A stretch of 64,000 nt of DNA from Epithemia pelagica. Taxonomy: Eukaryota > Protista > Bacillariophyta. Below are positions 12,159 through 21,043 of this stretch, in pieces. Both the position numbers and the translations under genes were made by a program. The stretch covers positions 1,612,001-1,676,000 of the forward strand of contig OX337238.1 in the NCBI GenBank assembly GCA_946965045.2. The letters are read 5' to 3'. Positions within the stretch are counted from its first letter, which is position 1; every line of letters starts with the position of its first letter. The notes beneath the pieces are model-generated. The model had not been told where the DNA came from, did no database searches, and saw only the letters and a program-made list of their open reading frames with translations.

Positions 12159-12681
12159 TCGCACAAGGTAGATGACCGTGACTGATCGTACGATGAGTCA
12201 CGATCAATACCTAGTGGTTTCATCTGGCTGTGACGTCATAATATACAAACACCTAGCACATGTAGATCGTAGTTTAGACAATGGGGAGAAAGGGAATACG
12301 ATAGGAGGCGCTTTCAATGGCCTTGGACATGAGCTAGACATCATCCATGAACATGTGCGATATCTTGGGACGATTGAATGCGATCTAGATGTCAGATGCA
12401 CACGAACCAGCAATGCTGCGTGTAGATTTCTACGTACCTAGTACAAATGGATGAAAAAGGGGAAACAACAACAACGAGCACTAACATAGACGATAACACA
12501 CACAATTCTAAAAAGCATCATCATCACATCTCTTTGTGTCCTACCTACTCTTCTAGTAGTTGTTGGCCTTTTCCTTGACCCGTGGGGGATTGGCTACGTG
12601 GTTGGTGCCTTGAATTGTCTAACGCTTTGTTGTATCTTTGATTGTTGTGTCGTAACGACCGGAGTCCTTCATCTTTTGTCA
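12159..12681 (+). repeat. 5' LTR (523 bp, TCGCA...TGTCA)
   Basis: Direct repeat of 19355-19877 at offset 7196; ORFs inside both copies translate identically. Confidence 0.97.
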
Positions 12682-12694
12682 GATTAACAGTCTC
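12682..12694 (+). promoter_or_regulatory. Putative primer-binding site GATTAACAGTCTC, complementary to a tRNA-Asn(GUU) anticodon stem-loop
   Basis: Lies immediately 3' of the LTR. Reverse complement GAGA-CTGTTAA-TC reads as stem + Asn anticodon loop + positions 39-40. Confidence 0.65.
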
Positions 12695-13753
12695 AACAGC
12701 ACGCCTGTTGATTGTTGTTCTCGTTTCCTTTCCGAATCGTTTGGTGGATTGTTGTCTTTGACCGATCTCTTGCGTTGTTTGTGTTTGTTGGGTTTGCTCT
12801 TACTTCCGAAGGTGAAATTCGTTCGGAGGGATTGATTCTCATATCCCGTCCTCTCCGTCTCGTCATATTCGATCGATTCATCCATTTGGTTGGTTGTTGG
12901 GTCGGTTGGTTGTCGTCTTATCGTTGTCGAAAAATCTTCATTGTCGGCATCGAATTTTGTTTTTCGTCGTTTCTTGTCTGTGTCGGAAAACAGAGTTGGG
13001 GGAACTATCCGAGGTAACCAATCCCACGGGCAACCCAACTCCCAGTCCCCGCGAGACTGTCGTATCCCCATCCCGTACTTTACGTACAAGTAAGCCGCAA
13101 GGCCGAAAAGAGGGCGATCCTTGCCAGACCGGCTGGATACCGTCAGGGGGCGAAGTTAAGGTACTCAACAGGTACTACTTCGCGTGCTCCGGCACACGTG
13201 TTCGTTACTAACAACGCATCTGTTGCTGTCGCCCGCCAAGCGATCAGGCTCTCTATCTTTGCGCTGTGGACAGATTGCTTAACCGCCAGACGTTACCTTC
13301 CTGGTGCGCGATTGTTCTTGGTCTTTCCCGCCTTTTGATCGCTTCTTTTTCCTTCCTACACGTGGAGTTTGGGCTAGGGATTGGCAATCCCGGTGTGTGG
13401 AGTCAAGAACAGACACCGTCAGATCTTGCTAGTTCTTCGTTACCCTCGGGTAGCAACCTAGCCTAAAGACTGCAGTGGAAGCGCGTCACATTCTAATTAG
13501 CTTCGCTCAGCGAGCCCCGTGACATTGCTCCCGGTTCTGAATAGCACCTCTGCTTGGAGTTTTATTTTCAATCGGTTTGATTTCAAGTGTTTTATTTGGT
13601 TTTATTTTCAAGTTTTTCAAGTTTTTGGAGACGGATACAAGTAGGCTACTACCTGGTGAATTTGATTCAGAGGGCTCTTCAGTAGTAACTTCATCCTATC
13701 TCCGCTCAAGATATTCAAGTTTTTCACCTAGTTCTACCTAGTTTACTGATATC

Positions 13754-16700
13754 ATGACGGAACCGACTGAGAATGCAGTAGATCTTTCCCAGGATCCAGT
13801 TTTTCAGCACATCTTTACTACGATCTTGAATCAACCCCCAGATCGCCTTTCTGATTTCCAAGACTGGTTTACTCATCACAAGTTTTTAAACTTCTCTGAG
13901 TTTCTTGAGTTGTATGTCTTCGAACCTGAAACCCTTGCAGATGACCTTGAATTTAAAACTAAGCGACAGCCTAAGACCCAGAAATTACATCCTACCTTCG
14001 CTAAGCAAATTCGTGCTTTCCTTCTTTGGGCTAATCATCTTCACTCACTCGCCCAGCGTTTCTTTGGTGCTGATGACTGGTTAGCACTTACTCGCGAGGA
14101 TTATGGTCGGTTTCGCATCGGGACTTATTTCCCTACTTCTTCTCAGTCTCGGGCCTTAAACGTGCCGTCTACTCCAGGTACTCCATCTCTTGGCACTCCG
14201 GGGGGGAAGTCTACTATGTCTAACTCGTCTCAGTCCCAGCAAGATTTGACTACCTTTCGTAAAGGCATTAAACGCGACTCAACGGCATATGAAGTACTCA
14301 AGGAAGAGAAAAACTATGACCCCTTTATGCGTAGTTTTCGTGCTACTGCACTTGCTCAAGGATTAGGCAATGTTTTGGATCCTTCTTTTGTTGTGGATTC
14401 CACAGATCCTGCTGCCTCTGCTCTTTACCGAGAACAACAGATCTTTCTATATTCAGTTTTAGTTCGTTGTTTACAAACTGATAAAGGTCGTGCTATCATT
14501 CGTGCCCATACTACGGACATGGATGCCACAGCCGTCCTAGATGAGTTACGCACTCATCATACGGACTCCGAGTTGTCACGCAAGGAAATCATGCGTCTCA
14601 CTGCCTATCTTACAAACATTCGTCTTGATTCAGCATGGAGAGGCACTACATCCCAGTTCTTGCTTCATTTCAATGAACAACTACGTCTTTTAGATAGTCT
14701 ATGTGATTCTAGCCAAAAGCTACCTGATTTTTCACGTACTACTTTTCTCATGCAAGCTGTGGATGGTAATGAAGATCTTCGACGTGTCAAGATTTTCGAT
14801 GATTTTCTTAAATCCCAATCTGGGACTCATGCAAAGATGTCCTATGATGACTACTATCGTGTGTTGACTAATGCTGCTTTTCAATTTGATCAGCACTTAG
14901 CTAGCAAGAATGGATCTAAACGACGAGCTTATGCTTCCCAACAGTGTGATCACGATATTTTTGACTCTGATCATTCTAGTTCTCATGATGATTTCATTCA
15001 AGAGGATCTTGTATCTATTTTTCAAGCTAATCGGTCTCGTAATCGCATTGATACTCGTACTCAGCGTATTTTTCTCCCTAAGGATATTTGGGATGCTACT
15101 TCAGATGAAGTTAAAGAGATGCTAAAAGCACACAATAAACGTATCTTGGCTAACTCACCTAATTCTAAACCTCGTCAAACGAACCTACATGAGGTTAGTG
15201 AATCATCTGCTGATGAAAATCCAACAGCTACTGATAATACTGAAGAAGCTTGCCAAGAAGCTGCTGTTGCTACTGAGTCTGATCCTAGTCCTGATCAGCT
15301 TCTCACAATGTTACATGAGCAAACTGATTATCCTGAATCTGATATTCAGCGCGTCCTTTCTGCCAACAAGGCTAAATCTAAGGGTGTTAGTTTCTCTATC
15401 AATGCTACCTATCGCTTCTCCAAGGCTAACCTTAATCCTACCTTTCAGTTGATTGATAGAGGGGCCAATGGTGGTTTAGCTGGGAGTGATTTGAAGATTA
15501 TCCACAAAACTGGTCGAAAGATTAACATTATTGGCATTGATAATCACGAGGTAACTGGTTTGGACATTGTTACCGCTGCAGGTCTTTATTCTACACAGCT
15601 AGGTACAATCGTTGGTATTTTCCATGAGTATGCTTACCTTGGCAAAGGTCGTTCGATTCACTCTCCGCCACAAATGGAATATTTCAAGACTCTTGTTGAT
15701 GACAAGTCAGTTCTTGTCGGTGGTCGACAGCGTATTGAGACTCTAGACGGTTATGCCTTACCTTTGATCTTTAAGGGTGGACTTGTCTATTTGGATAGTC
15801 TCGGCATTCCTACTGATAATGACCTAGCTACCTATCCTCATGTCGTCTTTACGTCACCCGATGAATGGAATCCTGACGTCATGGATCATTCTCATTCGTC
15901 CAATCCTGATACACATTCTGATTGGATGGATCTTGTCAACCCAGACCCTATTGATCGTGATTTTTCTGCGACTGGAGACTATGTTCATCGCGTCAACCTA
16001 GTTTCCCAGATTCTTACCCTTCATCAACAGACAAACCTAGCTGGTGCCGTCGACTTTCAACACAGTCGTTATCATCAACAATCTCTGAAATCTGAAGATT
16101 TTGAAGCCCTACGTCCTTATTTTGCTTGGGCATCGGCTGATAGCATAGCTAATACCTTTAAGGTTTCTACACGCTATGTGGGATTTTCCCCTCATGATTA
16201 TCTCAAGAAGCACTTTCGCACTCGTAACCCTGTGCTCAATATCGGTCGTCGTCGTGAAGGGGTTGCCACTGATACAGTCTTTGCTGATACACCTGCTATT
16301 GATAATGGTTCTAAGGCTGCTCAGATTTTTGTTGGAAGAGATACCCTTGTTTGCGATGTGTATGGAGTCAAATCTGATGCTCAATTCGTCAATACCCTTG
16401 AGGATAATATCCGACTAAGGGGAGCTATGGACGTTTTAATCAGTGATCGTGCTCAGGCTTTAGTTTCTAAGAAAGTACAAGACATCCTACGGTCTTTGTT
16501 TATTTCTCAGTACACATCTGAACCTCATCATCAGCATCAGAATTTTGCTGAAAATCGGTACTCTACTCTTAAGCGCTGGACTAATCTTATTCTCAATACC
16601 TCTGGTTGTCCACCTAGCTGCTGGTTACTTGCTCTAGACTATGCGTCGACCGTGCTTAACCACCTTGCTTCGCCGGCGCTTAACGGTCGCACCCCCATTG

Positions 16701-19381
16701 AGTGCCTGACGGGCTCCACTCCTGATGTTAGTTTCTTACTTGCTCATTATTTCTGGGAACCAATTTATTTTTCTTATGATCCTGATCGATCTTCTTACCC
16801 TTCTACTGGTAATGAATCTAAAGGTCGTTGGGTAGGTTTTGGTACTGGAGTTGGGGATCCATTAACATGGAAGATCCTTACTGATGCGACCTCTACGATT
16901 TTGTTTCGATCTACTATTCGTAGTGCTACCTCTTCTTTACCTAACCGACGTCTAGATCCAGAAAAAGGGGAGATAGTTCATGTCAGAGGTCGTCATGAAG
17001 ATAGTTCTTCTGGATCTACACCTCCTATGCCTACTATAGATCCACATGATCTACTTGGCCGTAAATTTCTTGGCCCTAAACTGGAAACTGGGGAGCGTTT
17101 CCGTGGGTTAGTTGTTGCTATGGTCCAAGATCAAGCTTATCGTGACCGAAAACGTTTTGAAGACCTCAGTTTTGAAGTGGAATATGATGAAGGTCGCCTT
17201 CGTGAGATTGTCACTTACAACGAACTTCTCAATCATCTAGATCATGATCCTGACGACGTTGTTTTCTCTGAGCAAGAGTATCGCATGCGGCAAATCACTG
17301 CTCATCAAGGTCCTCTCAAACCTACTGATGCTCATTACAAGGGATCTAGCTACAACGTTCTTGTCGAATGGGAAAATGGGGAGACTAGCTATGAGCCTCT
17401 TTCTTTTATAGCTAGTGATGATCCTTTGCTATGCGCTATCTACGCCAAGAATAATGGACTACTCGACTTAGATGGCTGGAAGCACCTAGCTAAATACGTC
17501 AAGACTGAAAAACGACTCATCAAGACACTCCGTCGACATTTGCAGCAAGCCAAGAAAAAGATGATCCGGCGTAACTCTCGCGCGCAAATCAAGTACCGTT
17601 TTGGCGTGCAAGTCCCACGGGATTATGATGAAGCTATCCTGCTAGATGTTCAGAACAAGAATAACTTATGGTCAAAAGCAACTGAACTCGAGCTAGATCA
17701 AGTCATTCATCAATATAAGACATTCCTAGTTCGGGATAAGGCTATTTTTCAAAATGGGAAGCTTATGAATGCTCCTGAAGGATACCAACGATTGAGAGTT
17801 CACCTAGTTTTCGATGTCAAACATGATGGACGTCGAAAAGCTAGACTTGTAGCTGATGGGCATTTGACTATACGAGACCCGTCTATGTCAAGCTACTCAG
17901 GAGTGGTATCAATACGTGGCCTACGTCTAGTTATCTTCCTCAGTGAACTGAACAAGCTGGAGATCTGGGCAGCTGACATTGGAAATGCTTACCTAGAAGC
18001 ACAAACAAAGGAGAAGCTATTCATCATAGCTGGTCCTGAATTTGGAGATTTGGAAGGAAAAATCTTGATTTTTGATAAGGCACTTTACGGGCTTGTGACC
18101 AGTGGAGCACGATGGCATGATAAACTCTACGACGTTTTACAAGAAATGGGATTTAAACCATGCAAGATTGAACCTGACATCTGGTTTAAGCTAAACGAAG
18201 AGCACGGCGTCTACGAGTACATAGCAGTTTACGTAGACGACCTAGCAATTGCTGCAAAGAACCCGAAAGAAATTTGTGATACTTTCACTGAAAAATTTAA
18301 ATTCAAACTCAAAGGTGTGGGCCCAATAGCATATCACCTAGGGTGTACATACAAGAGAGAACCAGATGGAACATTGGTTGGGGACCCCAGACGATACGTT
18401 GAGAAGATACTCGAAGGATACGAAATCTTATTCGGGAACAAACCGAAAAAGTACAAGACTCCATTAGACCGGCAAGATCATCCTGAACTAGATGATAGCG
18501 AGCTATGTGAAGAAAAGGACATTGCCATCTATCAATCCATTATAGGGCAACTGCAATGGGTGGTGACTATAGGTCGTTTTGACATCTTCACTTCCGTCAT
18601 GACATTGGCTAGATTCCGTGCCGCTCCACGAATTGGCCATTTGGAACGTGCAAAACGAGTTGTTGGATACCTAGCAGGCATGTATCATGGAGCAATCCGT
18701 TTTAGACTACATGAACCAGACTACTCCAATCTGCCAGACCAAAACTATGACTGGTTCCGCGTTTACGATGGAGCACGAGAGGAAGTTCCAAAAGATGCAC
18801 CGGAACCTAAGGGTCTACCCGTTGTTACAACTACCTATGTCGATGCTAACCTAAAGCACGACATGATTACGGGGAGATCAGCATCTGGGATTCTACACCT
18901 AGTCAATGGAACTCCCATGGACTGGTACTCCAAGCGACAGGCAACGGTTGAGACTGCAACCTTTGGCTCTGAATTTGTCTCTGCACGGATTGCATGTGAT
19001 CAAATCATGGAACTACGCATTTTTCTTCGTTACCTAGGAGTACCACTACGAGATTCTAGCTACCTATTCGGAGATAACAAGTCAGTGGTAACCAATAGTA
19101 CGGTACCACATTCAATCCTTAGCAAACGCCATCATTTTCTGAGCTACAACCGTGTACGTGAGTGTATGGCATCGAAGGCTATCAAGTTTTACTGGAAGGA
19201 TGGCAAGACCAATCCCGCTGACGTGTTGACTAAAAATTGGGATTTTGTCACGGGATGGCCACTCCTTAAACCTCTGCTATTCTGGCGAGGTGATGTTAGT
19301 GCTTTGAACGATAAGATCAATGAACCAAAACAAGACAGACAGACGAAAGGGGAGTCGCACAAGGTAGATGACCGTGACTGA
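13754..19381 (+). CDS. Copia Gag-Pol polyprotein (1875 aa): gag, protease, integrase with chromo-like tail, RT, RNase H
   Basis: Protease IDRGANGG; integrase TDTVF/SDRA/QNFAENRY; RT VFDVKHDGRRKARLVADGH, ADIGNAYL, VYVDDL; RNase H YVDAN, TFGSEF, GDNKSVV, NPADVLTK. Confidence 0.97.
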   Translation: MTEPTENAVDLSQDPVFQHIFTTILNQPPDRLSDFQDWFTHHKFLNFSEFLELYVFEPETLADDLEFKTKRQPKTQKLHPTFAKQIRAFLLWANHLHSLAQRFFGADDWLALTREDYGRFRIGTYFPTSSQSRALNVPSTPGTPSLGTPGGKSTMSNSSQSQQDLTTFRKGIKRDSTAYEVLKEEKNYDPFMRSFRATALAQGLGNVLDPSFVVDSTDPAASALYREQQIFLYSVLVRCLQTDKGRAIIRAHTTDMDATAVLDELRTHHTDSELSRKEIMRLTAYLTNIRLDSAWRGTTSQFLLHFNEQLRLLDSLCDSSQKLPDFSRTTFLMQAVDGNEDLRRVKIFDDFLKSQSGTHAKMSYDDYYRVLTNAAFQFDQHLASKNGSKRRAYASQQCDHDIFDSDHSSSHDDFIQEDLVSIFQANRSRNRIDTRTQRIFLPKDIWDATSDEVKEMLKAHNKRILANSPNSKPRQTNLHEVSESSADENPTATDNTEEACQEAAVATESDPSPDQLLTMLHEQTDYPESDIQRVLSANKAKSKGVSFSINATYRFSKANLNPTFQLIDRGANGGLAGSDLKIIHKTGRKINIIGIDNHEVTGLDIVTAAGLYSTQLGTIVGIFHEYAYLGKGRSIHSPPQMEYFKTLVDDKSVLVGGRQRIETLDGYALPLIFKGGLVYLDSLGIPTDNDLATYPHVVFTSPDEWNPDVMDHSHSSNPDTHSDWMDLVNPDPIDRDFSATGDYVHRVNLVSQILTLHQQTNLAGAVDFQHSRYHQQSLKSEDFEALRPYFAWASADSIANTFKVSTRYVGFSPHDYLKKHFRTRNPVLNIGRRREGVATDTVFADTPAIDNGSKAAQIFVGRDTLVCDVYGVKSDAQFVNTLEDNIRLRGAMDVLISDRAQALVSKKVQDILRSLFISQYTSEPHHQHQNFAENRYSTLKRWTNLILNTSGCPPSCWLLALDYASTVLNHLASPALNGRTPIECLTGSTPDVSFLLAHYFWEPIYFSYDPDRSSYPSTGNESKGRWVGFGTGVGDPLTWKILTDATSTILFRSTIRSATSSLPNRRLDPEKGEIVHVRGRHEDSSSGSTPPMPTIDPHDLLGRKFLGPKLETGERFRGLVVAMVQDQAYRDRKRFEDLSFEVEYDEGRLREIVTYNELLNHLDHDPDDVVFSEQEYRMRQITAHQGPLKPTDAHYKGSSYNVLVEWENGETSYEPLSFIASDDPLLCAIYAKNNGLLDLDGWKHLAKYVKTEKRLIKTLRRHLQQAKKKMIRRNSRAQIKYRFGVQVPRDYDEAILLDVQNKNNLWSKATELELDQVIHQYKTFLVRDKAIFQNGKLMNAPEGYQRLRVHLVFDVKHDGRRKARLVADGHLTIRDPSMSSYSGVVSIRGLRLVIFLSELNKLEIWAADIGNAYLEAQTKEKLFIIAGPEFGDLEGKILIFDKALYGLVTSGARWHDKLYDVLQEMGFKPCKIEPDIWFKLNEEHGVYEYIAVYVDDLAIAAKNPKEICDTFTEKFKFKLKGVGPIAYHLGCTYKREPDGTLVGDPRRYVEKILEGYEILFGNKPKKYKTPLDRQDHPELDDSELCEEKDIAIYQSIIGQLQWVVTIGRFDIFTSVMTLARFRAAPRIGHLERAKRVVGYLAGMYHGAIRFRLHEPDYSNLPDQNYDWFRVYDGAREEVPKDAPEPKGLPVVTTTYVDANLKHDMITGRSASGILHLVNGTPMDWYSKRQATVETATFGSEFVSARIACDQIMELRIFLRYLGVPLRDSSYLFGDNKSVVTNSTVPHSILSKRHHFLSYNRVRECMASKAIKFYWKDGKTNPADVLTKNWDFVTGWPLLKPLLFWRGDVSALNDKINEPKQDRQTKGESHKVDDRD

Positions 19382-19877
19382 TCGTACGATGAGTCACGAT
19401 CAATACCTAGTGGTTTCATCTGGCTGTGACGTCATAATATACAAACACCTAGCACATGTAGATCGTAGTTTAGACAATGGGGAGAAAGGGAATACGATAG
19501 GAGGCGCTTTCAATGGCCTTGGACATGAGCTAGACATCATCCATGAACATGTGCGATATCTTGGGACGATTGAATGCGATCTAGATGTCAGATGCACACG
19601 AACCAGCAATGCTGCGTGTAGATTTCTACGTACCTAGTACAAATGGATGAAAAAGGGGAAACAACAACAACGAGCACTAACATAGACGATAACACACACA
19701 ATTCTAAAAAGCATCATCATCACATCTCTTTGTGTCCTACCTACTCTTCTAGTAGTTGTTGGCCTTTTCCTTGACCCGTGGGGGATTGGCTACGTGGTTG
19801 GTGCCTTGAATTGTCTAACGCTTTGTTGTATCTTTGATTGTTGTGTCGTAACGACCGGAGTCCTTCATCTTTTGTCA
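19355..19877 (+). repeat. 3' LTR (523 bp)
   Basis: Follows the PPT; followed by TSD ATATT. Confidence 0.97.
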
Positions 19878-20037
19878 ATATTTGTAACCATGACCCCACT
19901 GGGCTTATTTCTGATTGGTTGAGATGACTGTACCCGATTTTTGTACACTATCAAAAGAGGAACCGGCACGTGTCTAAAAAATTACTTAAATGTACCAATT
20001 ATTGAACTTCGGGAAGCCTTGCGCTGAGCTCGCCAAA

Positions 20038-20230
20038 TGTATCGGATTCTGTATCGATGCACATACAACTGTATCCAGTCGTGTATCGGGGTTGTATCTA
20101 GTTGTATCGGGGGGCTTAGGTACTGTATCGATACAACGGATTTGTAACCGTATTTGTATCGGGGGACTCGAGTCCTCTGTATCGGGTCTTCCGAATTTGT
20201 TGCGATTTGTATCGGCCTGATGTATCGGGT
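20038..20230 (+). repeat. Array of ~10 dispersed TGTATCG(G) motifs (left subterminal array)
   Basis: Repeated tgtatcgg/tgtatcga separated by variable spacers. Confidence 0.85.
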
Positions 20231-20241
20231 TGACGGTCACC

Positions 20242-20323
20242 ATGGAATAAACAGGCGACTTTTGAAATGAGAGCGATACAAGATGGAATAAACAGGCGAC
20301 TTTTGAAATGAGAGCGATACAAT
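20242..20323 (+). repeat. 41-bp tandem duplication
   Basis: ATGGAATAAACAGGCGACTTTTGAAATGAGAGCGATACAA starts at 20242 and at 20283. Confidence 0.9.
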
Positions 20324-20454
20324 GATAAAGCGATGGATCAAGCAATCGAAGAATTGGTTCCTGCCAAACTCGCCAATGAAATTGCTTGCGACAACAGCAA
20401 CACAACAATCAGACTCATTTTTCAAGACGAAAGCAAGAAGAAGAAGTCGCAATC

Positions 20455-20901
20455 ATGGCCGAGAAGAAGAAACCGAAGGTTTACCCCGCCGACCGGAAGG
20501 GAGCCAAGATCCGGATTGTTGGTGGGACGTACCGTGGAAAGAGGGGCTTCCTCGACAAGAAGAAGGGCAGGACAGAGTTCTTTACCTACGTCATTATTGT
20601 CATCAAGCCGAACGAGGAGGAGATTGCAACACGGCTTCATCACGAATCGATCCGAGTCGGAGAGGAAGCACCACCGGCAAGCTATGAAGAGGCTGTTCTC
20701 CAGCAGCACTGTGACATTGAAGAGCTGCTACGCGACCTTACGAGGAGGCTGTCCCAGTGTGAGGGCATCTCCTCCGAAGGAGAAGCTGGCCATCGGATTG
20801 GGAACTTGTTCCTAAATTATTTGACGGTTGCTGTGCAACGTCAAAGTAACCTACGTGTGGACAAGGCTCGTTGGCGTCGTGTGCGCTATGGTCACGGTTA
20901 A
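20455..20901 (+). CDS. 148-aa basic protein with an N-terminal KOW-like motif
   Basis: KGAKIRIVGGTYRGKRGFL fits the KOW consensus (beta-strand, GxxxGxxG, beta-strand); ATG at 20455. Confidence 0.65.
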   Translation: MAEKKKPKVYPADRKGAKIRIVGGTYRGKRGFLDKKKGRTEFFTYVIIVIKPNEEEIATRLHHESIRVGEEAPPASYEEAVLQQHCDIEELLRDLTRRLSQCEGISSEGEAGHRIGNLFLNYLTVAVQRQSNLRVDKARWRRVRYGHG

Positions 20902-21043
20902 TGCAACATCATGGTCAATGCAAATTCTCAACTAATATAGGATAAAGGAAGATTACTAACTACTCGTCAATGTAGAAACTCTCATCATGTAAAAACTCAT
21001 CATGTAAAAACTCATCATGTAAACACTCGTAGGAATTGGTGGC

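Larger units (their letters stand above)
12159..19877 (+). mobile_element. Full-length Ty1/copia LTR retrotransposon (diatom CoDi-like), 7719 bp, intact
   Basis: Two 523-bp LTRs (12159-12681, 19355-19877); 5-bp TSD ATATT (12154-12158, 19878-19882); PBS-like 12682-12694; PPT GAAAGGGGAG ending at 19354; single gag-pol ORF in PR-INT-RT-RH order. Confidence 0.97.

Noticed and set aside
12172-12441. Identical 89-aa ORFs at 12172 and 19368 (and 69-aa antisense ORFs)
   Set aside because: They simply lie inside the two LTR copies; no coding signature.
13754-19381. Classification as a Ty3/gypsy chromovirus because of the chromo-like module
   Set aside because: Integrase precedes RT and the RT motifs are copia-type.
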